Shown here: positions 59,865 through 64,000 of the stretch, one piece after another
Layout: every line of letters begins with the position of its first letter
Numbering within the stretch: position 1 is the stretch's first letter
Source of the DNA: Nemertoderma westbladi
Lineage: Eukaryota > Animalia > Xenacoelomorpha
DNA: 64,000 nt
Assembly: GCA_032718475.1 (NCBI GenBank)
Contig: JAUCBJ010008930.1
Span: 7,883 to 71,882 of the forward strand
Direction of reading: 5' to 3'
Position numbers and translations under genes: made by a program
Notes under the pieces: generated by a model
Seen by the model: only the letters and a program-made list of their open reading frames with translations
Database searches by the model: none
Told to the model about the DNA's origin: nothing

Positions 59865-62800
59865 TCAGCCTGTTGGGTCCGAGTTTGCATTCGCCAGGAG
59901 AATGGACGCCTCCGCGATATTGCAGCGGACTGGGCGGCGAGAAGCTGATCTACAGCCACGCAAACAGAGCAGCGACGACCTCAGCAACGCGAAACTCAGT
60001 CGCCGGCGAACCCAGGTAATACTGTCGGAGTACCGGACCTCCCTTTTGTCTGCGATCTTGTGAGCCAGGCGAGTAACAAACTGCGTGGTGGCTTTGGACA
60101 TCCCGCCGAAAGCCGTGAAGATGAGGGGAGTGAAGTTGCCGTGTTCAACCTCCCTCACCCGCTCCTCGTACTTCCGGATCTTTCGGTCCTCGTGATGGCG
60201 ATGGGCGGCATCCAAAGACATGGCGGCGTTCGTAGCGGCCAGCGGGTTAAATACTGAAACGTCGATGAAGGTCCTCTGGAAGCGGTTGCCCCAGAAGCCA
60301 CTCACCGAAACGTCCAGCCGCGCCTGCTGGTCAGTCGAAGCGGATCGGAGGGCGAACTGCTCGCCTGTCAGTGGCTGGAGCATCGGCTCAACTGCCACAT
60401 TGTGCGCCACCTCGGTAAGAGAATCAGCCACGAAATCGCGGATCTCGTTGTGCCTTATGGAGGGGAAACCTCCAGTAGGGCACGACAGAATATGCGAAGC
60501 GGAAAATCGCTCCCCACAGGCACAACGAGCTGGGAGATCCTTAGGGGACCACCCGTAACGTAGACTCAGGGCGTCTCGGAACTCTTCCTTATCTAGGTGA
60601 GTTTGAACTTGGGTTAGCGGTTTGGTGTTAAGCCAAGTTGAAGCGCCTTTCTCTGAGGTTAACTCACACAACTTGCGTTGGTTTGGCGAGATATTCCTGT
60701 ACACCTCTTCTGTTTTAGTTTTCAGGTGCAGCGCCCCACGAACTTTCAGCGCGGCCAATGCCAGCTTCTGCCGCTCCCGGATCACCGACATCGAATGGGT
60801 ATCGGCTAGCTGAAACGGTTCGCACATATCGCGCGAGTTGCCGTACTGTGCGTCAAGGTCGGCGGGAACCGGAACGCCCAATCCACCGTGCCGGACTGGC
60901 AGGGACAGCAGCAGTCTTTCTTCCCACGTAATCGACGCTCTGCCGGTGATCTGGCAGAGGAAGAGTTCTACCGACTCTTCGAGTTTCCCGAAGTGGTCGG
61001 TTGCACCAGGAACTACCCGCGACACGTACCGCCACCGGCACGACAAACCGAACACCAGCCCGGCGTACGCGCAGTGGGGATCCACCGCAGCTATGTCGGT
61101 GATCCGGTCGACCTGGGCCGTAAACTCCTCCACTTTCTTCGCGGTATATTCGCGTCGAAACTCCTCCGTCCCGATAACCCCACCGAGGAGTTCGTGGCCA
61201 ACCGTGTTTATTATGACGCCGGTATTGGCAAATAATTCCTCGGCCTCCTCCAGCTTATCCAGCTTAACAGTTAGGTGACACTTCGACGGGTAGTATCCGT
61301 ACAGCGGGCCAAGTCGAGACACGATATCCCAGTACTTACGCAGTTCGACGAGCTTCCCGGCCGCATTCCCATCATCCGCAAACCATCGCTGAAGGATCTT
61401 ACAGCTCTCGCCCAACGTCCTTATAAACGGCAAGGTCCTGCTCCCAAACATCGCCATGGCAACCGGGTCACCCTGGGTAGTACCCTCCTCGGAGAGCAAA
61501 GAGTCTCCGCCAACAAACAACCGGGATGGGCGACTGTAGCAGTTGGTTACGACTGTGTGTAACGCCGGACACACCGCGCGAATATTGTGCAACGCAGCCT
61601 GTCTGTTAAGAACGTTAAACGCGTTTGTTGCGTCTATCTGTAGCACTGCGTCGCAGTCATCATCGTCGAACGCATCATTGAGGCTGTGGATAGCGAACTC
61701 AATGCCGGCTTTCTGGCCGAGACAGAGTTGAATCCCTCCTCCAACAGCCTGGAGATCCTCACGGATGCAGTATATAATCGACTTACCGATGACCCGACGG
61801 AGAACCTCTCCGATCCCTACGGGTCGAACTCCGGGGTTCTTATCGAGCGCCAGTAGACGCGAGTTTAGCAACGCGGATATCGAATCCGGAGGAACCACCT
61901 TCTGCGCGATCTGTTTCGCCCACTCCGCAATCTGGTTGGCCAGGCCGGTTGACTCCGTCCGAAACTTTGTCAGGAGGTGTTTCCACCCCTGCACATCCAA
62001 CCCGGACGGCCCGGCGGCATTCCCCTTCATCCGGAGTAAACTCGACAGAATCACCTCCCCGTTAATCGCCTCAAATATAACTTCATGATGCTCCGGCGCA
62101 CCGCTAAACTCCGAGATGAGTATGGACTCGTCCGCCGGTTGCGCTGGGGGGTGTTTCTGACGCAATACGTCACCTACGATCTTCATTACGCCATCTTTAT
62201 CAGTGAACGAGTCGTTCAACTTCATTGGCGCTCCTCGGTAAGCCTCACTAAGGCATCTCGTAGCGGCAGAAATATTCCCCGTCAGCATATGGCGAACGAA
62301 TGCCTTCTGCATGGCGACGGTTGGCGAAGCGGTTTGCCGCCGTTTCGGCAGGTGATACTGGATCGCACGAGCCTCAACCACCAATTCTTCGAACTCACCT
62401 CCCCTCCAGCTCCCCAATCGCCGTTCTAGAACACGACGATGAGTTGCCGCCGTCGAAGAACGACTCGGTTTCTGAAGGAGCAGGGCAGGTAACACCATTA
62501 GCGCAATCGCCGCAACGTCTGTCAACAGATTATCCTTAGATGCAAGAGCAATGAGTCTCGACATCTCCCCAACTAATTGTCGACCAATCGCCCCCTGAGG
62601 CACTAAAAATAGATTCGCGGGCCAATGTACCACCTCGTTGTACACATTGTCTAGAGCTTCAAAAAACTGGAGTTTGGGTAGTTTTTTCTGACCCCATGTA
62701 ATTTCAGTGACCCTCGGGACCTGGGTACCAGACCCTGGGGGAACAACGGATGACGCTCCAGACAATGGGGGAACCACTGGAGAGACTCTAACACCTGGGG

Positions 62801-63833
62801 TGGCTCCAGACACTACTGGCGGCACCACGAGGGTGACTCCAGACACTGGCGGAACCAAGGAGCCAACGCCATGTGGTGGGAGAACCACTGGGCAGACTGT
62901 GGACCCTGGGGTAACAACTGGGGAGACTGTGGACCCTGGGGGAACCACTGGGGACACTGTCGACCCTGGGAGAACCCGGGAGGCAACGCCAGACACTTGG
63001 GGAACCACGAGGGTGACTCCAGACACAGGGAGAACCTCTGGGGAGACTATAGACCCTGGGAGAACCACTGGGGAAACTGTAGACCCTGGGGGAACCACTG
63101 GGGAGACTGTAGACCCTGGGGGAACCACTGGTAAGACTGTAGATCCTGGGGGAACTAGTGGGCCACCGCCGGACACTTGGGGAACCACGTGGGTGACTCC
63201 AGAAACTGGGAGAACCAGGGGGCCAACGCCAGACACTGTGGGAACCAGGAGGGTGATTCCAGACACTGGGGGAACCAGGGGGCCAACACCAGATCCTGCG
63301 GGAACCACTGGGGTGACTCCAGACACTGGAAGAACCACTGGGGAGATTGTAGACCCTGGGAGAACCAGGGGGCCATAGGGACCAACGCCAGACACTGGGG
63401 GAACCACGGGAATTCCAAGGGTAGACCCTGGGGGAACTTCAGGGACCACACCAGACTCTGTGGGGACTAGGGGGCCACCCGTACTTGCCACGGGGACACC
63501 CGACACAAAGGCCACTGGAACACCCAAATGGCTGGTCGAATCCGATAAAGTTATATCGAAGTCCACCAAAGTATCATGCCATTGAACTTCGTCATCTTCT
63601 TCCTCGCCACCACTATCCGCTGGCAATGGCTGCGACAGTGAATGTGAACCTGGAACGGATACGATTCTCTCGGTAGGAGAAGGCAGCGGCTGCGAGGAAG
63701 ATGTCCCACCACCGTTGGAACACTTCCCCTTCTTTCCCGGGGCGCAGTTAGTACACTCCCGTCTCGCAGTAACGCAGGTGCATCTCTTACAGCGGTGGCC
63801 CGACCCGGAGCTACTGCATGTGCAGCAGGGCAT
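59865..63833 (-). CDS. CRE-like polyprotein: Cys-rich N-terminus, Pro/Val/Gly repeats, RT, CCHC, restriction-like endonuclease
   Basis: MPCCTC..C..C.C....C..C; AAGPSGLD; RPVGIGEVLRR; IDATNAFN; GTTQGDP; WFADD; CAC...H...C; RHNEIRD; RLDV...IDVSV...HEDRK. First ATG at 63833; the frame is open to 63923. Confidence 0.9.
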   Translation of the reverse strand: MPCCTCSSSGSGHRCKRCTCVTARRECTNCAPGKKGKCSNGGGTSSSQPLPSPTERIVSVPGSHSLSQPLPADSGGEEEDDEVQWHDTLVDFDITLSDSTSHLGVPVAFVSGVPVASTGGPLVPTESGVVPEVPPGSTLGIPVVPPVSGVGPYGPLVLPGSTISPVVLPVSGVTPVVPAGSGVGPLVPPVSGITLLVPTVSGVGPLVLPVSGVTHVVPQVSGGGPLVPPGSTVLPVVPPGSTVSPVVPPGSTVSPVVLPGSIVSPEVLPVSGVTLVVPQVSGVASRVLPGSTVSPVVPPGSTVSPVVTPGSTVCPVVLPPHGVGSLVPPVSGVTLVVPPVVSGATPGVRVSPVVPPLSGASSVVPPGSGTQVPRVTEITWGQKKLPKLQFFEALDNVYNEVVHWPANLFLVPQGAIGRQLVGEMSRLIALASKDNLLTDVAAIALMVLPALLLQKPSRSSTAATHRRVLERRLGSWRGGEFEELVVEARAIQYHLPKRRQTASPTVAMQKAFVRHMLTGNISAATRCLSEAYRGAPMKLNDSFTDKDGVMKIVGDVLRQKHPPAQPADESILISEFSGAPEHHEVIFEAINGEVILSSLLRMKGNAAGPSGLDVQGWKHLLTKFRTESTGLANQIAEWAKQIAQKVVPPDSISALLNSRLLALDKNPGVRPVGIGEVLRRVIGKSIIYCIREDLQAVGGGIQLCLGQKAGIEFAIHSLNDAFDDDDCDAVLQIDATNAFNVLNRQAALHNIRAVCPALHTVVTNCYSRPSRLFVGGDSLLSEEGTTQGDPVAMAMFGSRTLPFIRTLGESCKILQRWFADDGNAAGKLVELRKYWDIVSRLGPLYGYYPSKCHLTVKLDKLEEAEELFANTGVIINTVGHELLGGVIGTEEFRREYTAKKVEEFTAQVDRITDIAAVDPHCAYAGLVFGLSCRWRYVSRVVPGATDHFGKLEESVELFLCQITGRASITWEERLLLSLPVRHGGLGVPVPADLDAQYGNSRDMCEPFQLADTHSMSVIRERQKLALAALKVRGALHLKTKTEEVYRNISPNQRKLCELTSEKGASTWLNTKPLTQVQTHLDKEEFRDALSLRYGWSPKDLPARCACGERFSASHILSCPTGGFPSIRHNEIRDFVADSLTEVAHNVAVEPMLQPLTGEQFALRSASTDQQARLDVSVSGFWGNRFQRTFIDVSVFNPLAATNAAMSLDAAHRHHEDRKIRKYEERVREVEHGNFTPLIFTAFGGMSKATTQFVTRLAHKIADKREVRYSDSITWVRRRLSFALLRSSLLCLRGCRSASRRPVRCNIAEASILLANANSDPTG
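62730..63480 (-). repeat. Coding minisatellite, about 25 x 30 bp (VVPPGSTVSP / VVPPVSGVTP)
   Basis: gaccctgggggaaccactggggagactgt-type units in frame. Confidence 0.9.
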
Positions 63834-64000
63834 CGCGAGTAGGAGAAACGCAGGTGACGCAGTTCTAAGTTCTACTCTATACCCGTTGGCGCCAGGATGT
63901 CTGACAGTCAGGGGACAACACAAGGGACAGTATCAACAATACAGCAATACCACTACAGTTGCAGTTCAGTAGTTTAGTGTTCACTGTCTGCATCACTGAT

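Larger units (their letters stand above)
59621..63994 (-). mobile_element. CRE-clade (RLE-type) non-LTR retrotransposon, apparently full length
   Basis: Single intact ORF; 3' UTR with AATAAA (about 59647-59652) and an A8 tail (59621-59628); the 5' end is inferred near the window edge. Confidence 0.88.

Overview
Repeat-dense eukaryotic (invertebrate animal) DNA. Host coding sequence is limited to one SLC1A/EAAT-type transporter exon (- strand, 4241-4431) and two symmetric fibronectin type II exons (+ strand, 48767-48961 and 53651-53848). The centrepiece is an 18.8 kb BEL/Pao LTR retrotransposon (4519-23363, - strand) with about 1.9 kb LTRs and an intact 2974-aa gag-pol. In the env position it has an intact 1230-aa second ORF with a DEDDy-type 3'-5' exonuclease domain and three CCHC knuckles. 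This element also has (i) no tRNA primer-binding site but a 12-nt site perfectly complementary to a sequence inside its own LTR, with Tf1-like self-priming geometry; (ii) TA...TA instead of TG...CA ends; (iii) a tRNA-like Pol III unit in each LTR; and (iv) a 17-nt box repeated 11 times across coding and non-coding parts regardless of reading frame. A second, non-autonomous BEL element (33034-42691; 529-bp LTRs, ATGTG TSD, duplicated gag, no RT/IN) shows the same self-priming geometry and is nested with LINE/SINE debris inside a TTAA-flanked TIR element. The window ends with a 4.1 kb 17-bp minisatellite abutting the poly(A) tail of an intact CRE-clade RLE non-LTR retrotransposon. The rest is decayed RTE/CR1-type LINEs, a Tc1/mariner fossil and several MITEs. 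All assignments are by eye from motifs; no searches were run.
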